Shown here piece after piece: positions 1 through 12,030 of a DNA stretch of 64,000 nt. This stretch comes from Octopus sinensis (lineage: Eukaryota), in assembly GCF_006345805.1 (NCBI RefSeq), contig NC_042999.1, positions 70,122,001 to 70,186,000 on the forward strand, in the 5' to 3' direction. Each line of letters starts with the position of its first letter. Position 1 is the stretch's first letter. The position numbers and the translations under genes are program-made. The notes below the pieces were generated by a model, which was not told where the DNA came from, did not search any database, and saw only the letters and a list, made by a program, of their open reading frames with translations.

Positions 1-468
1 TGAATGTACATATAATGCCATTTTATTTCATTAAGTTTTAAAAATTAAATCAGCTAAATGCTTACCATCATTGTCAACACACTGTTGGAGACGTTCATGA
101 AAGTTATCGATAACTCTAGGGATCATTTCTTCTGGAATGGTTGCTATTTCTATACAATTTGCACGTTTTAATTCATCAATAGATCGAGGGCGATGACGGA
201 ATACTTTTGATTATAAATATCCCCACAAGAAGAAATCACATTTCACCATTCCAGAAGAAATGATCCCTAGAGTTATCGACAACTTTCATGAACGTCTCCA
301 TGTGTTGACAATGATGGGAAGCATTTAGCTCATTTAATTTTAAAAACTTAATGAAATAAAATGGCATTATATGTACTTTCAGAAAATAAAATTTTTATTT
401 TCATTATTTCTTACTTTGTGCATTTATTAAGCCTCCAAATGTGTCAGATCATTTTGGTCCATCCTGTA
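1..468. mobile_element. Tc1/mariner-superfamily transposon remnant with long inverted arms (runs off the window start)
   Basis: Minus strand of ~1-245 reads CDFFLWGYL*SKVFRHRPRSIDELKR...IPEEMIPRVIDNFHERLQQCVDNDGKHL, a typical transposase C-terminus. ~1-145 is the reverse complement of ~245-410. Ends in ...ggtccatcctgTA. Confidence 0.7.
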
Positions 469-1127
469 TTACACATTCCCTCGCATCATATCACAATTTG
501 TTTGAAAGTGCAAGTAGATATGGTTGTAGAGTAGAGGTCTGCCATCAGAACATAAATGAAAAGTGTAACTAAATATCACAATGAATTTTGTCTGGTTCTC
601 TTCAGATTCTGTTGCTTCACCGCCCCTTGAAAGGTAAATTGACCATGGTAGGATTTGAACTCAGAACAACAGTGAGGATATAACTAAATCTCACAGTGAG
701 GTTTAGTCCGATTCTCTGACAATTCTACCACTCCACTACTCTAATTATTTCCATACTAGTTTTGTTTTTATTATCGATAAGGCTGCAGGACTTCATATTA
801 TGTGAAGAAGATATGTTGACTACCTGGTATCTCTTGTAGCGATTTCCGAAGGATAACAGACATAATCGATCTCGGCGTTATTATAATTCAGAATATACAG
901 AGGCGTAGCTATATAAAGCAAATAAATTTGCCAGACACTTTCACAGTTTGAACAATCCATCGCCCTTGCTTTCTTACATAAACACAGAACCAGGCATTTG
1001 GATGGGAAGGGTACAGTCAATTAAATAGATAATAACACTTTATTTTACAGACCCTCGGCATTATTTGAACTCAGAAAGCAACTAAATGCTGCAATACATT
1101 TTGCGTGATGTATTACCTATTTTTTTT

Positions 1128-1350
1128 ACTACCCACAAGGGGCTAAACACAGAGAGGACAAACAAGGACAGACAAATGGATTAAGTCGATTACATCTACC
1201 CCAGTGCGTAACTGGTACTTATTTAATTGACCCCGAAAGGATGAAAGGCAAAGTCGACCTCGGCGGAATTTGAACTCAGAATGTAACGGCAGACGAAATA
1301 CGGCTACGCATTTCGCCCGACGTGCTAACGTTTCTGCCAGCTCGCCACCT
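1128..1350 (-). mobile_element. tRNA-derived SINE, family A
   Basis: Head ggcgagctggcagaaacgttagc, B-box-like gttcaaattcc, central ctttcatcctttcggggtc..taagtaccag block. Near-identical to many other copies in the window. Confidence 0.8.
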
Positions 1351-3357
1351 TGGCGTGATGTATTACCAATACGGCCATACCGCAGGTTGCAATTGCAATC
1401 TACTATATTGCCAATTATCACTTTTATCGTTCTCGCAGTTGTTATTGTTGTTGTTTTTGGTCAAACGCATGCCAGGCGTGACCACCCGGCCATATTTTTC
1501 GGACATAATGTATCTAAGGCTACTGTGTCCTATTTAGGAAGTCGAGGTGTTATTGTCTGCTATTTAAATGTACATGCATCTATGCATGTGTGTGTCTGTG
1601 TGTAGTGAATATGTGCATATTTTATGCATGCAAAAACAACTCCACGAAAGACAGAAAAAAGAGTATTCAATAAGTATTGTAGAGTTTTGTGTATGGAAAC
1701 ATCCTAAACCGTTCCTTTTAGTTTCACGTTCCGAACTTCGGGCGGCAGTGGATGTTGGAACAAGTAGAAGTAGCTTATGCAACGAAACCTCCGTAAACTA
1801 GACACTCTTAAATAAGTATAACTTTTACCAGAACGAGATTCACTACAGAAGGACAATCATGCAATATTAATGTATGATACAATATAATAAATTATAAAAC
1901 CACCATAAACCAAGAATCCCCTTCTATTCAAAAAAGGGGCAAATATTTTTGTATAAAGGCGAACCCTGATTGGGTGCATAGCCGCCAAGTACATAATAAA
2001 AATACTTTTTCAAGTTATCCCGATACATTTTCTACAGAAATTATAACTAGCACTGAAAGTGACATTTTGTATACGAATACGTTGTCACTGTCAGTACTGG
2101 CTCTAATTTCTATAGAAAATCTTTAGAGATAGCTTGAAAAAGTGATTGAATCGCAAACTAACACACAAAGGATACGGTAGTCACTTATAAGTCTTTAGTT
2201 TACTTGGTTGTATATCATTGTTGCATAATGAAATACGATGTCCCTGCCGGCAACTAATGTGTGTGTATTTATCTTCTTATGTGTTTATGTTTGTCATCCC
2301 ACTGTTTGACAACCGGTATTGGTTTATTTACGCCTCCATCACTTAGTGACCACACAAAAGAGATCTATAAAAATAAGTCCCAGGCTTTAAAAATTAATCC
2401 TGTGCTCAATTAAAGTTTTCAAGGCGTTGCTGCAGTATGGCCGCAGTCTTATAACTGAAACACATGAAAGAAAATAAACGTAAAAAATATGATAATCTAT
2501 GTGATAAAAAATTACAAATACATGAAATATAGATTTTTTTTTTTAAAGTGGTAAAGCAAATTTTCGAATGTCAGTTCCTTTGAAACAGTTGTATTTTATT
2601 TTATATTTTCGTATTTAATTTTACTATTAAGCAGTAGTGGAATGCTTTTTTTCATATTCATATTATTTAAAAGAAATTCTTCGCTTTTGCGAGATGGTTA
2701 TTTCTACTTTACGCGAATAGTTTCATTATACTTGCGAGATGTTGTTTCAATAATTCTTGTTGTGTCTTGGGGTTCGTTACGCTAATAATAACAACCCTTT
2801 CAATAACAGGCACCTGACGTGAAATTTTGGGAGAGGGGCTAGTTGATTACATCGACCCCGATAGGATGAAAGGCAAAGTCGACCTCGGCTGAATTTGAAC
2901 TCAGAACGTAAGGACAGATGAAGTGCCGCTAAGCATTTTGCCCGGCGTGCCAACGATTCTACCAGCTCGCCGCCTTAAAGAGGGATATGCAGGTTCTGGC
3001 GAGGATTGAACTCACGACCTTCTGCGTGTAAAGTAGATGTGGTACCAGTGCGTGTGTTATTATTACTGGCGTAATGACCCTCCCAGGATCCTAGATTTGT
3101 TTCAACACACGAATTCACATCAAGAATTTTGCAAACAGAATATAAAAATGGAGTTTCTATAATTACCGCTACCATTATGGCAGCGAGCCGGACACAATGC
3201 ACATCACGTTCTGAGTTCAAATGGTTCCGAGGTCAAATTTGCCTTTCATTCTTTCAGGTTTGATAAAATAAGTATCGGTCAAGTACTGAAGACCTGCCTT
3301 TCTCCATAAAAAGTATTGATTTGTGCCAAAATTAGTAAAAAAAAAGTCGTTATAATA

Positions 3358-3745
3358 GGTGCAGGAGTGGCTGTGTGGTAAGTAGCTTGCTTACCAACCA
3401 CATGGTTCCGGGTTCGTCCCACTGCGTGGCACCTTGGGCAAATATGTCTTCTACTATAGCCTCGGGCCGACCAAAGCCTTGTGAGTGGATTTGGTAGACG
3501 GAAACTGAAAGAAGCCCGTCGTATATATGTATGTATATGTTTGTGTGTCTGTGTTTGTCTCCCCAACATCGCCTGACAACCGATGGTGGTGTGTTTACGT
3601 CCCCGTCTCTTAGCAGTTCGGCAAAAGAGACCGATAGAATAAGTACTAGGCTTACAAAGAATAAGTCATTGGGTCGATTTGCTCGACTAAAGGCCGTGCC
3701 CCAGCATGGCCGCAGTCAAATGACTGAAACAAATAAAAGAATAAT
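3358..3745 (+). mobile_element. tRNA-derived CORE-type SINE, family B (octopus OR-like)
   Basis: Head gtggctgtgtggtaagtagcttgc...ggttccgggttc, CORE-like accttgggcaa, internal microsatellite, tail ccagcatggccgcagtcaaatgactgaaac. Confidence 0.8.
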
Positions 3746-3857
3746 AGAAAAGAAAGAATTAGATGTCTATCTGATTGTTGGATCCGACGCTCTCATGCAC
3801 TTGCATAGACACGCTCACGTGCACGCACTAATTATATGCATACATATGCACGTGTGA

Positions 3858-4254
3858 CATGGTTCCGGGTTCAATACAACCGCACGGCAACTGGAACAAG
3901 CCTCATCTACTATAGTCTCGAGCTGACCAAAGCTTTGTGAACAGATTTGATTGACGGAAACTGAAAGAAGCCTGTCGTATATGGGTGTTTGTGTGTGTAT
4001 GTGTGTGAGTGAATGTGTGTGCGTCTGTGTGTCTCTGTGATTGTGTCCACCCCCCGCACCGTTTAACAGCCGGTATTAGTGTGTTTATGTTCCTGTAACC
4101 AAGCAGTTCAGCAAAAGAGACTGATAGAGTATAAGTATCAGGCTTTGCAAAAGAAAAAAAAATAAGTACTGGGATCGATTCATTTGACTGAAGACCCTTC
4201 AAGGTGGTGCTCCAGTGCCCCAGCATGGTCGCAGTCTAATGATTGAAACAAGTA

Positions 4255-4258
<4 letters not shown>
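3858..4258 (+). mobile_element. SINE family B, 5'-truncated and diverged
   Basis: Same body and tail as 3358-3745. Confidence 0.7.
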
Positions 4259-4344
<86 letters not shown>

Positions 4345-4345
4345 T
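4255..4345. repeat. (GATA)n microsatellite
   Basis: Direct reading. Confidence 0.95.
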
Positions 4346-4650
4346 ACAGCGACCGTCTCAAATATCAACACTTGAGATTCCTATACGTTCATAGAATGAT
4401 GGCTGTCAGTAAAAAATATGAGAATTAAATCGGTGAAATATGTAACTAATGAATCAGATAGTTCGTTATTACACTTCATAGTTTAATGAAGAAATAACCA
4501 AGCTCTTAGTTTCGTTTTGCAGTAAAACGATATTAGTAAGTTTATTCATTGTGTTAGTCTAGTAAGAAAGCTAGCATAGCAAATCAGCTGATAGCTGGAA
4601 CCCAAGAAAACTAATGAGGGATATCTATTCAGTGATTAGTTCATTTGCAG

Positions 4651-4762
4651 AATGAAGAAGCTAACGTTTCGCGATTATTAATTGCCAACGTAATCTTACA
4701 TCCAGATTCTCCAACCCATGCCAACACGGGAATCAGAATTTTGATTGAAAGACTGAACAGTG
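4651..4762 (+). CDS. Candidate host exon (unidentified protein)
   Basis: Acceptor ttcatttgcag|, open frame NEEANVSRLLIANVILHPDSPTHANTGIRILIERLNS, donor G|gtatag, non-repetitive context. No homology recognised. Confidence 0.2.
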
Positions 4763-4867
4763 GTATAGATGTCAACACAATTATTTCTTCTTCCTCTCTT
4801 CCTTCTGTCTTTCCTTCTCTTTTCCATGAACACTTCTTTTAGATACACAGGTACCAACCCACACACA

Positions 4868-4918
<51 letters not shown>

Positions 4919-5848
4919 GCACACACACACAATAAAACACATACACACTCTCTCTCACTGGACAATGATGAAAAGAAATCCAGACAAAAATTTTTTTTTG
5001 AAAACCAAGAGACCCCTTGGAGTAGCCACCTGATTTTACCATTTTTAAAAGGACAAGCATCACTTTCTATTGAAAGAACTGACCAGCTGCAAAGATGTCA
5101 ACACGTTTTTTCTTATTTCTCTCTTCCTTCTTTCTTTCCTTCTATGTACACTCACACATACATCACAATCGGGAGATCGTGAGTTCGATTCCCAAACAAG
5201 GCGGTGTAGAGTTCTGAGTAAAACACTTCACCTCACGATCGAGCCGCGATCACTTCAGCGTCTGATGTGTGGAGCATCCTGCACTTCTACAGGCAATGTC
5301 AATTTGAAGAGAGGCACCTAAACATTAGATCACTATAAACAAACTACATGTGCAAGTTGTTCAGCAAGAAATTTCAGAGCCGTCTTTCTCGGGCTGTGTG
5401 AGTGTGTATGCACACGCACGCACGCGAGTGTATGTATATATGCGTGTAGCAACACGAATTACATGAGTCACTGAAAGAAAAAAAACTCATTAGAAACTAG
5501 AGTAAATTATATGACATAATATAGTCTTCAGAACTGGTAAAGTCACTACAATAGTTCCACAAATTGGTTATTTAATAACGTCAACTAGAGTAGACTGCAC
5601 ACATGTAGTTCTTTAAACGTCCATACAGTAAGTGATAGCTTCCTGTCATGTGCAATAGTGTGTAGGAGTATAATTTGCATTTACTACCCTTAGATCAACA
5701 ACTATCAGAGATCATGGTTTTAACTTGACAAATGTTACTAATTATTCAGGTGGTAAGTAAAGGGGAGGTAAGTCTAAAAGCTCCACGACACAGTTATATT
5801 GGAGGTGATGTGGGAGATTATACATACATACATACATACATACATACA

Positions 5849-5879
<31 letters not shown>

Positions 5880-5937
5880 CGTTAGCTACTAGACACATTT
5901 TTTTCTCTCCTTGTTTCTCTCCTTTATTTCTGTGTGC

Positions 5938-5973
5938 CTTTCTGTAGAAGAGTGTAGGCTCGAAACGTAAAAG
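5938..5973 (+). ncRNA. Degenerate minimal type I hammerhead-like motif
   Basis: CUUU-CUGUAGA-A-GAGU(GUAG)GCUC-GAAAC-GUA-AAAG. Core position A6 is U. Confidence 0.4.
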
Positions 5974-6109
5974 ACTTTTTCCATTCCTGAGCGTTATACT
6001 AATACATCTGTTTGTTTTGTACACCACCTGTCTTCGTCTTTTGTTGTTGTTTTCGTAAATTCTCCCTATAATAATGTTCGTCCTTCGGTTCGAAGATGAC
6101 CAACTGACA

Positions 6110-9100
6110 TCATCTGATGGAACTGCCGCCATGAGACCGGAGGTGGCTGGTGAGGCCAATCCGGGCAAGGAAGCCCCTCCCACAGGTGGGGCAGAAGTGG
6201 GTAGGGGCAGTGCTACTGGTGCAGGCGGCTCTGACTTTACGCATCTGACGTTTCTGCTCCGCTGACCGAATCCGTCCCTCCTCGGCTGTCCCTGCTCCCA
6301 CGGTGATTGCGCTGCGCCAGGATGAGCGGTTGGCAGCAAGTGTCTCCCAGGTCTCTGTTCTGATGGAGAAGTCTTTGAGAGAGACCTTGAGACTATCCTT
6401 GTAGCGCTTTTTCTGCCCTCCGACTTTGCGCCTGCCCTGGCCGAGTTCACCGTAGAAGAGCTGTTTTGGGATGCGAGTGTCGGACATGCGGGAGACGTGG
6501 CCCGCCCATCTCAGCTGGGCCTTGCGCATGATTGTGATGTGCTAGGGAGATCTGCCTGCTTCAGAACTTCCGTGTCTGGGACTTTGTCCTGCCAGCGGAT
6601 GTGAAGGAGATTCCGAAGACACCTGAGATGGAAGTGGTTTATCTGGCGCTCGTGCCTTCGGTAAGCAGTCCATGTCTCGCAGCCGTATAGTAGAGTGGTA
6701 AGCACGACTGCCCGGTAGACTTTCAGCTTGGTGTTGAGGCTGATTCCTCTCCGCTCCCACTTTCTTTCGCAGTCTCCCAAACGCGCTGCTTGCCTTGGAG
6801 ATTCTGTTGATGGTTTCAGCATCTATGTTGGCATTGCAGGAGAGAGTGCTGCCCAGGTAGGTGAAGTTTTCCACCACTCGTAAGATCCGTCCGTTCACCC
6901 TTATCTGAGGCTCATGGTATTGTTTGCCGGGGGCTGGCTGAAACATCACTTCGGTTTTCTTTGCACTGATGATGAGACCGAAGTTGTCACAGGCTGATGA
7001 GAACCTGTCCATCTCGAGCTGCATCTCTGCTCATCGATTGCATTAAGGGCGCAGTCGTCAGCAAAGAGAAAGTCTCTGACGACTGTCTCCCTCACCTTTG
7101 TGACAGCCTGCAATCTCCTGGAGTTGAAAAGTTTCCCGTCTGTCCTGTACTTGATGTTGATACCGGACTTGCAGTCCCTAAAGGCGTCGGACATCATTGC
7201 CGAGAACATGATGCTGACAGTGTTGGGGCCAGGACACAGCCCTGCCTGACTCCGCTGGTCACCTGGAAGGCTTCAGATGAGTCGCCGTCCTCAAGGATTC
7301 TGGCTGTCATTCCGTCGTGGAACTGGCGGACAATTGCAATAAATTTGCTGGGGCAACCAAATTTTCCATGACCTTCCATAGTCCCCCCGACTGACTGTAT
7401 CAAAGGCCCTGGTGAGGTCAACAAAGGTCATGCAGAGGTCAAGGTGCTGCTCCATGCATTTCTCCTGGAGCTGGCGGGCGGCGAATATCATGTCAGTGGT
7501 CCCTCGACCCGCACGGAAGCCACACTGGCTCTCAGGGAGAAGGCCTTGCTCCAAGTGTTCCAGAAGGCGGTCAAGCAGGACCCGGGCCAGGATCTTGCCT
7601 GCTATGGACAAGAGGGAAATACCTCGGTGGTTGTCGCAGGACTGCCGATCTCCTTTCCGCTTATAAATGTGGACGATTGTTGCATCCCGGAAATCTTGAG
7701 GGAGTTGTTCCCTGTCCCACATCGACTGGAACAGGCTGGTGAGCTGACTGATCATGGTGGGGCCTCCCGACTTGAACACCTCTGCAGGGATGGCGTCAGA
7801 GCCTGGAGCTTTGCCGGTGGACATTTTTTTGATGGCTCTGCTCACTTCCCCGACTGCAGGGGGAACAGCCAACTCGTGGTTTGTCGGCACCTGGGGGAGT
7901 CGTGCGATGGCTTCCTCGTTGATCTGGGCTGGTCGGTTGAGCACGATGTTGAAGTGCTCCGCCCATCTCTCCAGGATCAGCCTCTTGTTAGTCAGGAGTG
8001 AGGTTCCATCTGAGCTGAGCAGGGGGGTTGATCCAAAGGAGAACTGCGGTCCATAGACAGCTTTCAGCGCCTCGTAGAATTTCTTGGTGTCGTGTTTGTC
8101 TGCGTATCCCTGAATCTCATCCGCCTTGGCGCTTAACCATGCATCTTGCATGAGGCGGAGTTTAGCCTGGACTGTGCTGCGAATGTTGTTGAAAGCGGCC
8201 TTCTTTGCCGTGCAGGTGGTGTCATTTTGGTGAGCCCGCAGCAGACGGCGTTTCTCTTCCAGGAGCTTTTGGATTTCCTGGTCGTTTTCGTCGAACCAGT
8301 CCTGGTGGTTCCTCGTAATTTGGCCCAGAGTTTCAAGGGCGATGGAATGAACCGTGTCCCTGAATGATTCCCACTGCTCATCGATGCTGGACTGGTCACT
8401 CCGAATGTCCAACAGCTTACTGTCCATACGTGACTGGAGATCTTGTGCAGTCAGCTGGTTCCTTAATTTCGTGATGTTAAGCTTCCTCGTCACTTTCTGA
8501 CCCTGTGGTCTTCTCTTAGGTCGGATGTAGAAATCCATCCTGGAGATGATGAGGCGATGGTCCGTCCAGCAGTCAGCTCCGCACATGGCTTTGACCAGTC
8601 TCACGTCCCGCCTGTCTTTCGCCCTGACGATGACGTAATCTATCAGATGCCAGTGTTTGGAGCGTGGATGCATCCATGATGTCTTGTTGCGTGTTGGCAG
8701 ACGGAACAAGGTGTTGGCGATGGTAAGATCATGAGAGGCACACGCACGCAGGAGGAGCTGTCCGTTGCTGTTGCACTTTCCGATTCCTTGCTTTCCCAGT
8801 ACGCGATGCCAGGCTTGGTGGTCAGTCCCGACACGGGCGTTAAAATCCCCAAGGAGGATGAGCTTCCCAGGCTGGGCTGACGTGATGAGGGAGTCGAGTT
8901 CCTCATAGAACCTGTCCTTAACTTCTTCAGGGTTGGTCATGGTGGGGGCGTAAGCACTGATGATGGTCGCACTAGTCTTGTTTCCAAGTGGGAGCTGCAT
9001 CTTCATCAGCCGATCGTTGATACCCTCGGGGGGGCTTTCCAGTTTCCGCACGTGTACTGACTTAATGGCAAAACCAACACCAGCCTCACGACGCTCTTCG

Positions 9101-9432
9101 CTGCTGCGACCACTCCAAAAGAAAGTGTAGCCACCGCCCGTCTCTGTCAGCTGGCCTTTGTCCGCAAGGCGGGTCTCGCTCAGTGCTGCAATATCGACAC
9201 TGTATCGGCTCAGTTCTCTGGCCACCAGGGCAGTTCGTCTCTCTGGTCTGTCCGCTTTGGTGTTATCAAGCAGAGTTCTCACGTTCCAAGTTGCGAAAGT
9301 GAGCACCTTTGTTTGTTTTCTTCTTTCTTTGTTTCGACCGCTTGGAAAGGATCCCCGCCAGCCGCGGTTTGCTGACCAGGGTGAGGTGAGGCAGGCTATG
9401 TTTAGGGCAACCTTTTCTAGCCCCGTCCTCAT
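6110..9432 (-). CDS. RTE LINE ORF: APE endonuclease + reverse transcriptase + C-terminal C2H2 finger, split by about six 1-bp frameshifts
   Basis: ATWNVRTL, ALSETR, SAYAPT, LLGDFNARVG, IDYV, TDH (APE). PESQCGFR, FVDLTRAFD, GVRQGCVLAP, FLFADD, FTYLGS (RT). LRWAGHVSRM, CPTCGRGFLARIGLTSHLRSH. Confidence 0.93.
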
Positions 9433-9949
9433 GCTGGGGAGGCGAGCAGAGCGATCCTGAAGAGGGCTGCTCGGTCACTCAGGAGGCTGCCGGACTCCAC
9501 TGCTGCCTCAGTTCAGTGAGGGGCGACCACATGTCCTGAGCCGCCTGTGTGTGGGTTCACGACTGCAGCTCCCAGTGTATCCTCACCTGCTACTTCCGCC
9601 GTTCCCCATCGCCACAGGACTTTGGGATGGTGTCATGGCGTCATGATGTCGTGACATGCGCGTGACTTGGATTATAGTGAGGGTGACTTGCGCAGGATCA
9701 GCCTCACTCTCTCGTCCTGGTGCGCCGGATCCAGTGGCAAGACAAAGTCAAGACGACTGGGGGTAGACCAAGATGCAGGAGCTGCCGGAAGGTGGCACGC
9801 ATGGCGCAATCCAACCGCCTTAGGGGCTCCACTCCGGATTTTGGATGGCCATTGACTCATGAGAGAGTTCCTCTGCCCTTTGACAGGTTTTGTTTTTAGT
9901 CCTGCTGGGTGTCCAAATCACCCTCCTCACCAAGAAATCTTGGTGGGGT

Positions 9950-10037
9950 TGCCAGTTTAGTCGCCAACGACCCGACCATGTAACAGGTTGTACTGGGTTA
10001 CATGTTACCAGTAGCTCCAAGCGGAGACCTGACACTG
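9950..10037 (-). ncRNA. Possible HDV-like ribozyme remnant at the LINE 5' end
   Basis: UGUCAG/CUGGCA P2-like pairing, CUAA before P2', CAUGUAAC/GUUACAUG stem. P1 5' strand not found. Confidence 0.25.
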
Positions 10038-10085
10038 TGTTTTCGTAAATTCTCCCATACATACATATTATATATATATATATAC

Positions 10086-10192
<107 letters not shown>

Positions 10193-10564
10193 CATACATA
10201 CATACATATATATTAACACGTACATACACATATATATATACACATACAGATATGTATATATACATATATGTATGTATTATTTTCTTTCAGTGGAACGTGA
10301 AATGCAAAGCTATATATAATAGCGTGTAAATACTAGGTTAAAGATCCCTACGAGGGGAAACGTCGAAGCCTGCCAATGGGACACGAAGCCACACCCTTCA
10401 ATAAACATGACAGATGCTCTAACATTCTTATGACGTAAACAATATGTGTGCAGGTGTACGTGTATTACAAGTACTCCCATCTAATTCGGTGGTGATATGA
10501 CCTTCTAAGACTTTAACAAAAATTTCTATTAGGCTTTAGTTAAAACAAAAATGTACGATAGTAG

Positions 10565-10910
10565 GATATAGGGTAAATACCCACTTCGGTTATGAATGAC
10601 CATGGGATTGCACCTAAAAACGTACGCGCTGAGGCACAAGTCTAGGCGAGGTTCTTTATGGGAGACCAGCGGTTGCCCACGCATACCAGCCTCCTCTCTC
10701 CATGCCATCGATGTTATCCAAGAGAAAGGCAAAGGTTGATACAGCTTAGCATCAGTGAAATCGCAACTCATTTCTACAGCTGAATGAACAGGAGCAACGT
10801 GAAATTAACTGCCTTGCTCAAGAACGCACCATACAGCCCGATCCAGGAATCGAACTGACGACCTCATGATTTGAGACTGACTCTCTAACCACAGAGCCAT
10901 GCGCCTACGA
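10565..10910 (-). mobile_element. tRNA-derived SINE, family C variant
   Basis: Related to 13590-13945; tRNA-like head and gtgttcttgagcaag core. Confidence 0.7.
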
Positions 10911-11149
10911 CAGTGTTATAGAAGAAATTGATTGAAGGATGAATACATACAGCAGCTCAAGATGCAGAAAACGTATTGCGAATGTTTTGAAGTTAAAGAT
11001 ATTGTTAATTCAGCCACGTACATTTAATAAGGTCCAGTTCTTGTTGGAGTGAGGTGGCTTCTGTGCCTCAATGACAATTAATTAGAGTTCTACCAGAGAT
11101 ATACAAGCTCCCGGTAGAGCCTCCCATGCGTGAGAAGTCCAAGGATAGG

Positions 11150-11545
11150 CGCCAGATTGGAATTGGTCAACTCTTCCCAGAGGTAAAAATGAGTTTGCCT
11201 AGAAGCAACACACCTACATAGAATAAAGCAAATCAACAACAGCAAAGCATTGATGACTATTACAAACCAACAGAACCTAAAAGGCCTTCCCTTGTGGAAA
11301 CATATGATGCGGTGCAGCAAAACCCGAAAGAAACTCTACACCCTAGGCTCTAGCCTGGAACCCACTAGGGAAGGAGAAGAGTGGAAACCTAAAAATAATT
11401 GCAAGCGGGATACTGAGGCAGAGGTAAAAAAAATGGGATCCATCCGGAGAGAATCAGAAGGGACAGCCTAGAGTCGAGGACACAGAAAAACAGTTGTCGA
11501 TGATCTGTACGCCATTGGGCAGAAGGGTTTTAGTAAGTAAACCAT
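11150..11545 (+). pseudogene. Decayed 3' end of an RTE-type LINE
   Basis: KPKNNCKRDTEAEVKKMGS...KTVVDDLY resembles the RTE C-terminus; followed by a taagtaa tail. Confidence 0.6.
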
Positions 11546-11631
11546 ATCTACTCAACTCTGGATAATTTACGGGCATCTCTTTTGCGATGAATTACATACA
11601 GCAATATAAATAAAGTAAGAAAATTTTGCAG

Positions 11632-12030
11632 AGGCGCAGGTGTGGCTGGATGGTGAGGAGTATGCATCGCAACCACATGGGTATTAGGTTCAGTTCCATT
11701 GCGTGCCACCTTGGGTTAGTATCTTCTACTATAACCTCGGGCCGACCAAAGCTATATGTTTGGATTTGGTAGACGGAAACTCAAGTCCATCGTATACATG
11801 TGTGTGTATGTGTGTGTGTGCTCGTGCGTGTGTGTGTGTGTGTCCCACCACCGCTTAACAACTCGTATTTGTTTGCTTACGTCCCCGTAACTTAGCGGTT
11901 CGACATAAGAGACCGATAGAATAAGTACCAACTTTACAAAAAATAATAAGTACTGGAGTCGATTCGTTCGACTAAAATTCTTCAAGGCGGTGCTCCAGTA
12001 TGGCCACAGTTTAAACAAGTAAAAGACAAC
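11632..12030 (+). mobile_element. SINE family B
   Basis: Matches the 3358-3745 architecture. Confidence 0.75.

Larger units (their letters stand above)
6067..10037 (-). mobile_element. RTE-clade LINE, apparently full length (~3.97 kb)
   Basis: 19-bp direct repeat TGTTTTCGTAAATTCTCCC at 6048-6066 and 10038-10056. ~600-bp 5' leader, APE+RT ORF, short (TAT)-type 3' tail. Confidence 0.95.

Noticed and set aside
596-640. Apparent exon ctcttcag|...aag|gtaaat
   Set aside because: Overlaps a decayed antisense SINE A fragment.
7412-8367. Plus-strand ORFs of 74-185 aa
   Set aside because: Antisense shadows of the GC-rich LINE ORF.
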